Both the position numbers and the translations under genes were made by a program. Below, one piece after another: positions 47,281 to 57,341 of a DNA stretch of 64,000 nucleotides. Positions within the stretch are counted from its first letter, which is position 1. Each line of letters begins with the position of its first letter. The DNA lies in IMG/VR virus record IMGVR_UViG_3300037961_002813, positions 32,001 to 96,000 of that record; one strand, 5' to 3'. The stretch is from a virus. The notes beneath the pieces were generated by a model that was given only the letters and a program-made list of their open reading frames with translations, was not told the DNA's origin and did not search any database.

Positions 47281-49466
47281 TAGGAATAAGACCTTTTTTA
47301 CTTCAAAAAGCATGGAGTATGATAGGTTATACTCCACAAGGACCGACAATGTTTCGTAACCCACCGGCACAGCACTTCAAACCACCACAAAATATGGATT
47401 TACCTTTGTTTGCTCATGACGGTAGAGGTAAATCTTTGGTAGGTGAATGGACAAATGGAGAGCATGGAGAGCAAATTTACAATACAGAACTTGGCTCTTT
47501 TCAGCATGGTATAGATGCTTTAGCGAGTCATTTAGGAGATTTTTTACGAAGAAATAATATTAACAGAAGTCCGGTAGATGTGATTAATCAAGCAATAAAG
47601 CAATTCAATGCCACTCACACAGATAAGGCTCATCAATTACCTATGTTTGATAATTTGGCTTGGAGAAAACTAAGAGCCGGTATGTTACCACCGGGTGACG
47701 GAGATAGAGAAACAGCCACAAGACCAACTCGAACTCATAATAATACTTTAATTACTACTTACACAAATAAAAATTACAAAGATACTCCATTTGGTAGGTT
47801 TATGGAATCTTATGCAATACCTTTTCATCAACAACTACAACATGTACTAGAAGATGAACACGGTATAGAAGAAGAACAATGGAAGCGAATGCCGTATGTA
47901 AAATATCCCTATATGTATGCACATTATACTGTTCCTAATGTAATAGATGAAAACGGACATGTTCGTGCTTATGTTAGAAGTAATCATAGAGAACATCCCG
48001 GCCAAGTCACTTCACAAATGATGGGTGGCGCACCGGCAGATTACTTTGGAGATATACAAGATGTACACACATGGGAAACCTTACACCATTTACCCGATAT
48101 TTTCTTTTATCCTAAATTAAATCAACATGGAAAAAAAGGTGGTAAAATTCCTACCGGACTGTATCAATCTGCACACTCCATAATAGACCAAATAATGGAT
48201 AAAGGTATAGAACATGTACCGGATATTAACATTACTTACAACCAATCCGGTAAACTAACTCAACCCGATATGGTTCAAAGACCGTTAAGAGAAGTGCTAC
48301 AAACACCGGATATGCGTGAAGCACTAATCAAAGATTTAGCACATGTACCCGCTATGATGTATTTGTTTGGTAGAAGTTTTCAAGGAGATTTCAAAAACTT
48401 ATACAATCTTATGATGGAAAATTATGGCACAGGAGAAGATGGATTATCCCATGAGGACCACATGAGGTATCTTCAACCGGGAGAAAAGGGTGGTAAAGGG
48501 TTACATACTACTGCCGGTAAAATTATGGCTCTTGCTCGTAAATCGGGCGTTGGAGAAAATGAGAGTAGAAGTAAATTTGGCGAACATCAAATTACATCCG
48601 AAGAACTAGAAACATTAGGAATTAAACATCACAACGAAACTGCACTAGGTCAAGTAGACAGGTATCGTGGGATAATCGAAGCCTTAGCCGACCATCAAGC
48701 AAGTGCTAGAGGTCATACTGTAAAAATGGGAATCGGTGATATACCAACCGAACCAATGCAAAATCTTGATATTTTTGGATACCCCGAAGAGGGTGCTACT
48801 ATGGGTATGGAAGAACACATGTCACCATATTTCCATGATTTAAGTGATTATGCGGCGAGTGAAGGAATGCCCGTTCCACCTCAATCCGCACCTCCTGCAT
48901 CAGTAGATGCCCTTCCTAGTTCCGCCGGTGACACAGGCATGTCTACCCCGGTTTCTCGACCTCTTCCGGTTTCTCAACCCGGCGGAACACCCCCACTCAC
49001 AAGCCCGGCGGTTGCTGTACGGCGACCACCTCTATCTTTGCCGCAAGAATTTCAAGAGCGCAGACCACAAGCGGCATCTTTTGACCCTGCACAATTTAGA
49101 CAATTTTTAGGTCTTAGACCCGGAGGGGAAGAACTAACTGAATTTGAACAAGCACAGCAAAGAGCAATTGCTGACCCAAGACAAACTCTTCTTACTCAAT
49201 ACATGAAATCCGAAGATTCGCATTTACCAATCATGGATAGAACATTGAAGGCTTTGGAAAGAATGCAATTTCATGAAGCGAGTTTAGATACAAGCATTAA
49301 CCATGGTAGGGTTTTTGCTGATATAAACCAAATAGCCAAGCATGTAGGTCTTACAAGTGGTGAAGTTAATTCTATAAATGAATCAATGGGTGATTGGCAC
49401 AAGATAGCAAAAGCATATTATGTGCAACCTAAAGTGGTAAAAGTAATTAAATTAAATATGAAGTGA
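47277..49466 (+). CDS. Hypothetical protein (729 aa, His-rich)
   Basis: Long ORF in the late cluster. Confidence 0.75.
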   Translation: MIGIRPFLLQKAWSMIGYTPQGPTMFRNPPAQHFKPPQNMDLPLFAHDGRGKSLVGEWTNGEHGEQIYNTELGSFQHGIDALASHLGDFLRRNNINRSPVDVINQAIKQFNATHTDKAHQLPMFDNLAWRKLRAGMLPPGDGDRETATRPTRTHNNTLITTYTNKNYKDTPFGRFMESYAIPFHQQLQHVLEDEHGIEEEQWKRMPYVKYPYMYAHYTVPNVIDENGHVRAYVRSNHREHPGQVTSQMMGGAPADYFGDIQDVHTWETLHHLPDIFFYPKLNQHGKKGGKIPTGLYQSAHSIIDQIMDKGIEHVPDINITYNQSGKLTQPDMVQRPLREVLQTPDMREALIKDLAHVPAMMYLFGRSFQGDFKNLYNLMMENYGTGEDGLSHEDHMRYLQPGEKGGKGLHTTAGKIMALARKSGVGENESRSKFGEHQITSEELETLGIKHHNETALGQVDRYRGIIEALADHQASARGHTVKMGIGDIPTEPMQNLDIFGYPEEGATMGMEEHMSPYFHDLSDYAASEGMPVPPQSAPPASVDALPSSAGDTGMSTPVSRPLPVSQPGGTPPLTSPAVAVRRPPLSLPQEFQERRPQAASFDPAQFRQFLGLRPGGEELTEFEQAQQRAIADPRQTLLTQYMKSEDSHLPIMDRTLKALERMQFHEASLDTSINHGRVFADINQIAKHVGLTSGEVNSINESMGDWHKIAKAYYVQPKVVKVIKLNMK

Positions 49467-49470
49467 TATT

Positions 49471-50643
49471 ATGGCTAAAATTCTTGTTAAAAAATCCGCA
49501 CCTAAAGGTGTGTTAATTAAAAAGAGAGTAGGCCAACAACTTCCAAATGACCAAGGTTTATTTCAAACACCGGATAGGGGTAAATCCTTTATGGATTTTG
49601 CTAGAATTGCCTTCGGACCAAGAAGAAAAAAAGCAAGTAGCGAGTTTGATGTTGATAGACCCGGTATTAAACCAACAGCAAGATTAGCCGCACTTGCAGG
49701 TATGACAGGTAAAGGGATTGCAGGTGTTGCGGCTTTAAATGAAACCATGAATGCTATGCAAGGTGGTAATATGACCGCACCATTAGGTATAGGTTATTCT
49801 TATGAAAGACTTGACCCAACAGGAAGAATGATTAGTGATTTTGCCGACCCTACTTTATCTCATAAACCTGTAAAATTAGATAATACACCACCAAAGAAAG
49901 CAAGTGTTGATGCGTTTTTAGACCCACGAAATAGTCATACAAGAGGACCTAGAGGACCACCTTTACCTGCGGATTCGCCTCTTAATAGATTCGGAAACCC
50001 GGAGGCCGGTTTAGCCCGTCGAATACCCGGTAGAGAGCAACGACAGGCATCAACATATCCACAACATACAATGAGCAGAAGAACGGCTTTTAACCAACTA
50101 GGTGCAGGTCAGCCGACAGGAGTTCCTATCCAAGCCAAAAGACCTTCACCTGTTCAAGTTCCACCTAGCCATGTTCCGGGTGCTGTAGCGAGTAATGTAA
50201 CGATTGAGCCTGTTGGTGGTATATCTCAATCACAACCACCGAATTATCCGGGTAATCAAACCTCTCTCCCTCCACCACCTCAACCTCCATTACCTCCACT
50301 AAATCAAGCACTTGCAACATTAGGACCACAATCATCTGCTCAACCAATTCCTCCACTTCAACAACCACAACAGCCACAACAGCCACAACAGCCACAACAG
50401 CCACAACAGCCACAACAGCCACAACAACAACAAACCGGTCAAGTACCACAAGGTCAAGTAGGACAAGTACCCGGTGACCAAAGTATGTTTCTTTCTCCCG
50501 AAGAATTCCATCAAAACCAACTGATGCAAAATAAATCATTCGTTACCGCACTTACTGAAAAGTTAGGTGCTGATATAGTTTACAAGATGACACCCCATGA
50601 AATAGGAACATTTGCCGCATATACTTTACTAAAATTGAGATGA
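49471..50643 (+). CDS. Pro/Gln-rich hypothetical protein
   Basis: (QQP)n tandem repeat at about 50360-50430. Confidence 0.7.
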   Translation: MAKILVKKSAPKGVLIKKRVGQQLPNDQGLFQTPDRGKSFMDFARIAFGPRRKKASSEFDVDRPGIKPTARLAALAGMTGKGIAGVAALNETMNAMQGGNMTAPLGIGYSYERLDPTGRMISDFADPTLSHKPVKLDNTPPKKASVDAFLDPRNSHTRGPRGPPLPADSPLNRFGNPEAGLARRIPGREQRQASTYPQHTMSRRTAFNQLGAGQPTGVPIQAKRPSPVQVPPSHVPGAVASNVTIEPVGGISQSQPPNYPGNQTSLPPPPQPPLPPLNQALATLGPQSSAQPIPPLQQPQQPQQPQQPQQPQQPQQPQQQQTGQVPQGQVGQVPGDQSMFLSPEEFHQNQLMQNKSFVTALTEKLGADIVYKMTPHEIGTFAAYTLLKLR

Positions 50644-50647
50644 TACT

Positions 50648-52135
50648 ATGAGTGAAAACATGGAACAGTTTATCCTAGATATGGATAGAAAGATGGCTGA
50701 AAAGTCATTTAAGTTCTTTTTCACAGATATACTTGGTTTTCATTACAGTACCCATCATGAAATGTGGGATAAAGGATTGAAAGAAAATCGTTACTACTGC
50801 GTTAAAGCGAGTCGTGACCACGGTAAATCCACTTTGTTTATGTCGTATGCTCTATGGATAGCCGCTTTCAATCCCGGTACTCACATCATGATTTTCTCAC
50901 ACTCATTAGAACAGACACTTGAACACATGAGATTTATTCGTAATAACATAGAAAGTGCTGATATTCTAAGAGGTTTGAAGCCCGACCAAGGTAGACCTTG
51001 GGCTAAATCATACTTCGAGTTCACTAACGGTAGCCGTATCATGGCTAAGTCGGTTGGTGGTGCTACTCGTGGTTTCCACCCCGATGTAGTAGTATGTGAT
51101 GACATCTTGTGGGGTACTACAGGTGGAGAGTTACAAAGAGCCGCCGATTGGTTCTATGGTGTATTACTTCCGGTACTGCACCACACAGCACGATTGATGA
51201 TGGTTGGTACACCGTTTAGTTACAATGACTTGTATGCTGAACTTGAAGAAAAAGAAACATTTGCTGTAGAAACATATCCTGCTATCAATGCGGAAGGTAT
51301 AGCACTTTGGCCGGAAAGATGGAATCTTGAGGCACTTGAACAAAGGCGATTATCAATGCCCGCTATACAATTTAGCCGTGAGTATCTGTGTGAACCTATC
51401 CACGATGTAGCGAGTATGTTCCCTGCTACTATACTTGAGGCGGCTCGTGATAAAGAGTTAGTGCTTCTTGATAGGGCTGATACTGAATTCGATGAAGAGG
51501 GTAATCCGGCAGGGGTATTTGGACAGCACTTTATCGGATGGGATACAGCGATTGCTTCCGATAAGAACGCTGACTATACCGCTATGTTAGTACTAAGAAC
51601 ACCACCGGGTGATAATATCAAAGAAATAGTTGGTATTGTACACGAAAAAGGTCTTGGTGGTGCGGCACAGAAAAAACAAATTTTACTGTTAAATAACAGG
51701 TTTCAACCCGATTTGATTGAACTTGAAGGTAACAACTTTCAGCGTATGTTTGCGGCTGAACTTCAAGACATGAGAGGGGATATTCCTATTCGCACATTTA
51801 TGACAACACGCCAAAGAAAAGAAAGTATGTTCATGTCACTTCTTATGGCGTTTGAGCAAGGACAAATAAAAACTCCATACGGTGATGAGCGAAGTCGTGA
51901 ATTTACACATAAGTTAGAATCCGAGTTAAACAGATTTGGTATGCAGAAGAATGGCAAACTAGAATCTGTAGGAACTCACGATGACTTGGCTATGGCATTG
52001 GCTTTGGCTAATTGGGGAACAAAAGAATTCAAGGGTTCAGTAGTATTACTTGATGATGTATTACCGGGCTTTGATGAGTGGATAACAGGGAAACCACACA
52101 GAAATTATGGAAAAAATGATTGGGTGATACCGTGA
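50648..52135 (+). CDS. terL: Terminase large subunit
   Basis: Walker A ASRDHGKS, RGFHPD plus Walker B VVCDD, GTP coupling motif, nuclease IGWD...D and HDDLAMALALA. Confidence 0.95.
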   Translation: MSENMEQFILDMDRKMAEKSFKFFFTDILGFHYSTHHEMWDKGLKENRYYCVKASRDHGKSTLFMSYALWIAAFNPGTHIMIFSHSLEQTLEHMRFIRNNIESADILRGLKPDQGRPWAKSYFEFTNGSRIMAKSVGGATRGFHPDVVVCDDILWGTTGGELQRAADWFYGVLLPVLHHTARLMMVGTPFSYNDLYAELEEKETFAVETYPAINAEGIALWPERWNLEALEQRRLSMPAIQFSREYLCEPIHDVASMFPATILEAARDKELVLLDRADTEFDEEGNPAGVFGQHFIGWDTAIASDKNADYTAMLVLRTPPGDNIKEIVGIVHEKGLGGAAQKKQILLLNNRFQPDLIELEGNNFQRMFAAELQDMRGDIPIRTFMTTRQRKESMFMSLLMAFEQGQIKTPYGDERSREFTHKLESELNRFGMQKNGKLESVGTHDDLAMALALANWGTKEFKGSVVLLDDVLPGFDEWITGKPHRNYGKNDWVIP

Positions 52136-52317
52136 GTTGTGAATGTGGACATTGTATTGGAATGGATAGTGCGTTTGACTTTTTAGAAAAGAAACTATGC
52201 CCCGAAGGTAAAGCGGCGGCAAAGCGTAAATTCAAAGTTTATCCGTCAGCCTATGCTAATGGATGGGCTGTTCAATATTGTCGTGGTAAGTTTAGAAAGA
52301 AGGGGAAGAAAAAATGA
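52120..52317 (+). CDS. Small basic phage protein (DUF5872-like YPSAYA module)
   Basis: AAAKRKFKVYPSAYANGW, preceded by MDSAFDFLEK. Confidence 0.7.
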   Translation: MGDTVSCECGHCIGMDSAFDFLEKKLCPEGKAAAKRKFKVYPSAYANGWAVQYCRGKFRKKGKKK

Positions 52318-52475
52318 AACTTAAAAAAGATAAATGTTGTTGTGGTGGAACTAAAAAAACACCTTGTATTTGTATGGTGCAAGGTAACCAATGTTCTGCA
52401 ACTGCACCTAAATGCCCTTGCTATGCTTTGTTAGATAAACAAAGAAACATCAAAAAAATGGTTGCAGTAAGGTGA
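52314..52475 (+). CDS. Cys-rich mini-protein (53 aa, 8 Cys)
   Basis: Manual translation MKLKKDKCCCGGTKKTPCICMVQGNQCSATAPKCPCYALL... Confidence 0.55.
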   Translation: MKLKKDKCCCGGTKKTPCICMVQGNQCSATAPKCPCYALLDKQRNIKKMVAVR

Positions 52476-52479
52476 GTAC

Positions 52480-53493
52480 ATGACTAAAGTATTAATCCGC
52501 AAGAACTTGAACCGATGGTTCAAAGAAAAGTGGGTTGATGTTAGTCGTAAAGATAAGGATGGTAAGCACCCGCCATGCGGTAGGTCAAAAGCCAAGACTT
52601 CAAGCAAAGGTTATCCAAAGTGTAGACCGAGTGTAAAAGTTTCAAGTAAAACTCCAAAAACTTCCGGCTCAATGTCCGAAGGGCAAAAACAAGCCGCTAC
52701 TAAAAGAAAGCGTAGTAAGAAACAAGGAGTCGGTGGTAAGCCTACAATTGTAAAAGAAGATTTCATCAATGACCCTATGAGTAGTTTTAACATGATGATG
52801 GCTTTACAAGATGAAGCGTATAAATTGGCTGAATTAAATATGCCTTACTCTCGTGAAATATATCCAAATCGTGATGAATATGAAGATGCTTTAGAATTGG
52901 AAGGAGAATATCAACTTATGCAGATGATGACTAATCCTAAGTATGCACCTCTAAGAGAAAGATATATGCAAAGTATCCCAAAAATGACTGAAACAGATGG
53001 GTTTTCTCAAGATTTTATTGATACTTACAAAGGCAATCCAATAGAAATCGCATTTAGATTATTAAAAGCACCTCGTATACCTCGTAAAAAAGGACAACCT
53101 GCGGGTTCAAAGAAGCATTCCGATTTGTATACTGATGAAAACCCAAAAGGAACAATACATAATTTAGGATTTAAAAATCCTCAAAAAGCAAGACAGTCAG
53201 TTAGTAAAATCAAAAACAGTAGTAGAACTCATGCTCACAAAACTCAAGCGGCTATCGCTATGGAACAAAGAGCAAGAGAAATGGGTAAAAAACAAGAAGC
53301 AGGTATATACCGTAGATTCATAGAGCAACAGAAAAAGAAAACAAAGGAGATGAATAAAATGGATGATAAGAAGAAAAAGAAAGGCGTTGTAATGGTCATC
53401 GCTATTGGTGGTAAGCCACCTAAAGGTATGGAAAAACCAAAAGATGACAAGAAAAAAGCATTTGATGACGCTTGGAATACATTAAATAAATAG
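52480..53493 (+). CDS. Modular basic protein (RWFKEKWVD...YPKCRP and HSDLYTDENP modules) with tags
   Basis: Modules I recall from marine phages, joined by NPIEIAFRLLK; ends in AFDDAWNTLNK. Confidence 0.75.
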   Translation: MTKVLIRKNLNRWFKEKWVDVSRKDKDGKHPPCGRSKAKTSSKGYPKCRPSVKVSSKTPKTSGSMSEGQKQAATKRKRSKKQGVGGKPTIVKEDFINDPMSSFNMMMALQDEAYKLAELNMPYSREIYPNRDEYEDALELEGEYQLMQMMTNPKYAPLRERYMQSIPKMTETDGFSQDFIDTYKGNPIEIAFRLLKAPRIPRKKGQPAGSKKHSDLYTDENPKGTIHNLGFKNPQKARQSVSKIKNSSRTHAHKTQAAIAMEQRAREMGKKQEAGIYRRFIEQQKKKTKEMNKMDDKKKKKGVVMVIAIGGKPPKGMEKPKDDKKKAFDDAWNTLNK

Positions 53494-53499
53494 GTCAAT

Positions 53500-54810
53500 T
53501 TGGTGGTCATTATGTGGGGTAGTGCTTTACTAGGTGATGAGTACGACCTCGCTGTACAACCTGCTGATGATTTAACAAAAAGCGTTTTATCGAATTTATC
53601 ACAGCATCCCGAATTTACAGTTACTACAGCCCCTATAGAAAAATCATCAAGTTTGTTTTCTAATGACGATATTAAATCGTATAGTTTTGCACCTAACGGT
53701 GATGGGTGGTTAGAGAGTACATACGGTAAAGACGCTAACTCAATAATTCGTATGTGTAGAAAAATGCGAAGATTAGATAAAGATAATCGTGAAAGTATTG
53801 ATGCAATCATTGATGACATTCGCACAATAAAATCTATGGAAATAGAAGCCACTATTGGTAATCTTTCATGGAGTGAAGGTTTAGAAGATGTAATAAAAAA
53901 TATAGGTCTTAATGATAGAAGCCTAAAAGCACTTCGTAAATTCGGTGAATCTCGTTCATCTTCTTTACAAAAAGCATGTCAATTGTATCTTAAATCTATG
54001 ACCGTATTGAATTTATTAAATGAAAAGTTAGATTGGGGAGTTGATGACCAAAAAGAATGGGCTAATGCTTTACAGTTGAAAAAAGATGCTCGTAAAATGT
54101 GGTCTAACACTTTGCATCAAATTGATAGTATATCAAAAACAGATAAAGCAACTCTTAATTTTATTTCCGATGAATTAACAAAATCCGGTCCACTTAGTAG
54201 TCGTGAGTTAGTTCGTAGAGGTGTTGGAACTATATCTAAATCTGTTACCCCTACAAAGGTAGGTATGCTATTGAAAATGTACGGTGAAGAGATAGATATT
54301 TACAAAAGTAACAGTAGAGGTGACTTTGTAAAAATTAATTCTCATGGTTTAATTATCAAAGATATATGGGCTTATGCCGCAGGTTTTCTTGATGCTGACG
54401 GTAGTATATTCATAACAGAAAGGGGCGAACCAAGAGCGACATTTATCGCTACAGGTGATAGGGGTCGTATGCAGTGTGAAGAGTTACACAAAGCACTAGG
54501 TTGCGGTAGATTAGTTCTAAATCAAAGAATACATAAAAACAGTGTCCGAAGCCAACACCGACTCATATTCTCATCAAAAAATGATTTAAGGCAATTATTG
54601 AAAGGTATATTACCCCATTTAAAAATGAAATCGTTGCAAGCAAAGGCTGTTTTATCCTTTGTAGATGAAAAAGATAAGATGAGAAAAGACGAATTGTATC
54701 GTGTTGTTACATATAACAATTGGAAAGACGACAAGAAAAAGGCCGATAGTTTCTTGAGTAAATGGGGCGTGGATGCAGATACAATAGGTAATTATGCGGA
54801 GAGTTTGTAA
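53500..54810 (+). CDS. Protein with C-terminal LAGLIDADG domain
   Basis: YAAGFLDADGSIFI...ILPHLKMK..QA; about 280 aa helical N-terminal extension. Confidence 0.8.
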   Translation: MVVIMWGSALLGDEYDLAVQPADDLTKSVLSNLSQHPEFTVTTAPIEKSSSLFSNDDIKSYSFAPNGDGWLESTYGKDANSIIRMCRKMRRLDKDNRESIDAIIDDIRTIKSMEIEATIGNLSWSEGLEDVIKNIGLNDRSLKALRKFGESRSSSLQKACQLYLKSMTVLNLLNEKLDWGVDDQKEWANALQLKKDARKMWSNTLHQIDSISKTDKATLNFISDELTKSGPLSSRELVRRGVGTISKSVTPTKVGMLLKMYGEEIDIYKSNSRGDFVKINSHGLIIKDIWAYAAGFLDADGSIFITERGEPRATFIATGDRGRMQCEELHKALGCGRLVLNQRIHKNSVRSQHRLIFSSKNDLRQLLKGILPHLKMKSLQAKAVLSFVDEKDKMRKDELYRVVTYNNWKDDKKKADSFLSKWGVDADTIGNYAESL

Positions 54811-56597
54811 TGGCAGATGATGAAAGTAGAATTAGTCGGTTTCTTTCGACATTGAGTAAACCCTTCAAGCGTAAGTCATCACCAACCCCGACTATGCCGC
54901 TTTGGACAAGTGGTATACAAGAACCTGTAATGGCACAGGGTATCACGATACCTGCTCTTTATGCAGTAAGCACAGAATGTTTGATTCTAAGAACCGTACT
55001 TTCTAAATTAAGACAAGAGATGTTTAGAAGAGGATACTATTGGGAAAAGAAGTTCCATAAGAAATGTGTTCAGTGCGATGAAGAATATCAACACGATGTA
55101 CAAGTATGTGAAACATGCGGTGGGGAAGTTAGAGGACCGGATAACGAAGAATTAGTATATGCTAAGTGGTTACTCAAACAAGAAAATAGTATGGAACAAC
55201 AGTTCTTACATGTTCTACATGAGATTGAAAATGACCTAAATATTGTAGATGACGCATTTATGATATTTGTAAAAGAGTATTATATTGACCCGGAAACAAA
55301 AGAGGTCGCATTTTATCGTGTAAAAGAAATGATTAGAGGTGACCCTATATTTATGAGAATAGTTGCTGATAAAAGAGGGGTAAGAGGTGGTCGTTACAAG
55401 ACTTGTTTAATTCACCGTGACCAAGTAAAAACACACGCAGAAGATGATAAGTGCGAAGTTTGTGGTAGCGATTTACACGATGTACACTATGTAAACATGG
55501 CAGGTAGTGGTAAAACACAATACTTCGTTGAAGGTGAAGTACTCCATGTCAGTAAATATAATCCATCTAAATTATATGGCCGTTCTCCTGTCAATACAAT
55601 GTGGCGACAAGCCATGACATTAACAGCGATGGATAACTACATGTATACTGCTTATCAAAAGCGTAGAATGCCTAAAGGTATTATTTCTGTTACAACCGAC
55701 AATCTTGAATCAATGAAGTCATTTTGGAAGTCAGTAGATGAAAAAATGGAGAGAGACCCCCACTATGTACCTAAAGTTGGTATTGAATCTAATACCGGTA
55801 GAGGTGGTGTCAATTGGGTTAAATTCATGGATACCCTAGAAGAGATGCAATATATTGCTGTCCGTGATGAAATAAGAAATCGAATTGCCGCTTATTTTGG
55901 TGTATCAAGTATATTTATGGTAGACAATGGTAAGTCCGGTGGTCTTAACAACGAAGGTCTACAGATTCTTGTTACTAATCGTGCAGTAGAGTTTGGACAA
56001 AAAATTTACACTGATGTTTTATTCCCTAAGATTCTAAAACAAATGGGAGTGTTTGATTGGAAATTAACACTATATCCAAACGAAGAAGAAGATGAAATTA
56101 CAAGACTACGCCGTGATGAGCAAGAGTTGAATGTAGCACAAAGAATGGCTCAACTCGGTTTCGTGCCGGAATTGATTAGTGGTGATACAAGTAACGACAT
56201 TAAATTTGTTTATCGTAAACCTAAACCCGAAGAACAACAAGGCGCACCACCTCCGGGTGGCGCACCACCAATGATGCCACCGGGTGGAGGAAGAATGCCT
56301 CCGGGTATGCCAATGGGTGGTATGCCTCCGGGTATGCCAATGGGTGGTATGCCACCGGGTATGCCAATGAGAGGTATGCCTCCGGGTATGCCAATGGGTA
56401 ACATGCCAATGCCACCTCCACAACCGGGTGGTCAAGGTGTAGGAATACGCAACCGTGGTCCTGCCGCACCCGAAAGAAGAACCTCACCGGGTAGTGGTGC
56501 GCCTGTAACAAGTGTACAACAAAGAGGACCACCACCATCACTTGGACAGCAGAATGTAAACACCATGCAGAATGCTCGAAGATTTAGAGGTGCATAA
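54810..56597 (+). CDS. Portal protein
   Basis: EVLHV...LYGRSP, PKGII, EMQY...RNRIAAYFGV...N.E portal pattern; lies between TerL and the protease. Confidence 0.88.
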   Translation: MADDESRISRFLSTLSKPFKRKSSPTPTMPLWTSGIQEPVMAQGITIPALYAVSTECLILRTVLSKLRQEMFRRGYYWEKKFHKKCVQCDEEYQHDVQVCETCGGEVRGPDNEELVYAKWLLKQENSMEQQFLHVLHEIENDLNIVDDAFMIFVKEYYIDPETKEVAFYRVKEMIRGDPIFMRIVADKRGVRGGRYKTCLIHRDQVKTHAEDDKCEVCGSDLHDVHYVNMAGSGKTQYFVEGEVLHVSKYNPSKLYGRSPVNTMWRQAMTLTAMDNYMYTAYQKRRMPKGIISVTTDNLESMKSFWKSVDEKMERDPHYVPKVGIESNTGRGGVNWVKFMDTLEEMQYIAVRDEIRNRIAAYFGVSSIFMVDNGKSGGLNNEGLQILVTNRAVEFGQKIYTDVLFPKILKQMGVFDWKLTLYPNEEEDEITRLRRDEQELNVAQRMAQLGFVPELISGDTSNDIKFVYRKPKPEEQQGAPPPGGAPPMMPPGGGRMPPGMPMGGMPPGMPMGGMPPGMPMRGMPPGMPMGNMPMPPPQPGGQGVGIRNRGPAAPERRTSPGSGAPVTSVQQRGPPPSLGQQNVNTMQNARRFRGA

Positions 56598-56621
56598 GAA
56601 ACGCTTTTATTATAGTAGTAT

Positions 56622-56993
56622 GTGAGACAGGCAGGGATGAAGATGGAATTAATCAAAATGCACCCAATGGCAAGAAAACTTGAACAAGCCCAAAAGGGAT
56701 TTCTAACAGCCCTAGAAAGTGATAATGCAGAAGTAGCAAAACAACATTTGACAGAAGTACAAAAACTAGCAGACTTCCTCGCAGATGACCTAAATACGGT
56801 TATCGCAAAGTCCGAATCCGCTAAAGGTGTAAATGATATTTATGCAGGTGGAGTTCCTGTAATGAAGTTCACCGAAGGAAGAGGAAGGACAGGTTCTATT
56901 CAAGGGCAAAGACTTCCCGGCTCTATTACTACAGGAATTAGAAAATCTAACTTTAGCCGCAGTGCAGGTACATTTGGCCGCTATTCAAATTGA
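56622..56993 (+). CDS. Hypothetical head-module protein
   Basis: ORF directly after the portal. Confidence 0.65.
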   Translation: MRQAGMKMELIKMHPMARKLEQAQKGFLTALESDNAEVAKQHLTEVQKLADFLADDLNTVIAKSESAKGVNDIYAGGVPVMKFTEGRGRTGSIQGQRLPGSITTGIRKSNFSRSAGTFGRYSN

Positions 56994-57002
56994 GGTCATA
57001 CT

Positions 57003-57341
57003 ATGACAGAAGATAAATCCGAACTTTTAGTGAACGCTTTAATCACTAAAATGGAAGTTATGGATTCTAACATAGAGATTTTAAAACAAGAAAATGAGCG
57101 TCTTAAAAGTATAATTAACAACCCTCAAAGATTGTTGAGAAAAATGGGTATGGTAAAAACTACTACTCCGTTTACCGAAGATGTACAAGATGACCCTTTT
57201 AGAAACGACCTAAATAATAATTCAATTCTAAAAGGTCAAAATACCACTATCCCGCAAACCAATGAAGAATTCCACAATATGGATTGGGATGAAATTCATG
57301 AGTTAGCAAACCAAGCAAAAAAGACAGATGTGATACAATGA
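57003..57341 (+). CDS. Hypothetical coiled-coil protein
   Basis: 112 aa with GAGGT SD. Confidence 0.65.
   Translation: MTEDKSELLVNALITKMEVMDSNIEILKQENERLKSIINNPQRLLRKMGMVKTTTPFTEDVQDDPFRNDLNNNSILKGQNTTIPQTNEEFHNMDWDEIHELANQAKKTDVIQ

Noticed and set aside
50165-50539. Hydrophobic VVA/LLW repeat ORFs on the minus strand
   Set aside because: Antisense artefacts of the (CAACAGCCA)n QQP repeat.
56106-56656. Repeat-rich minus-strand ORFs
   Set aside because: Antisense of the portal's PGMPMGG repeat.
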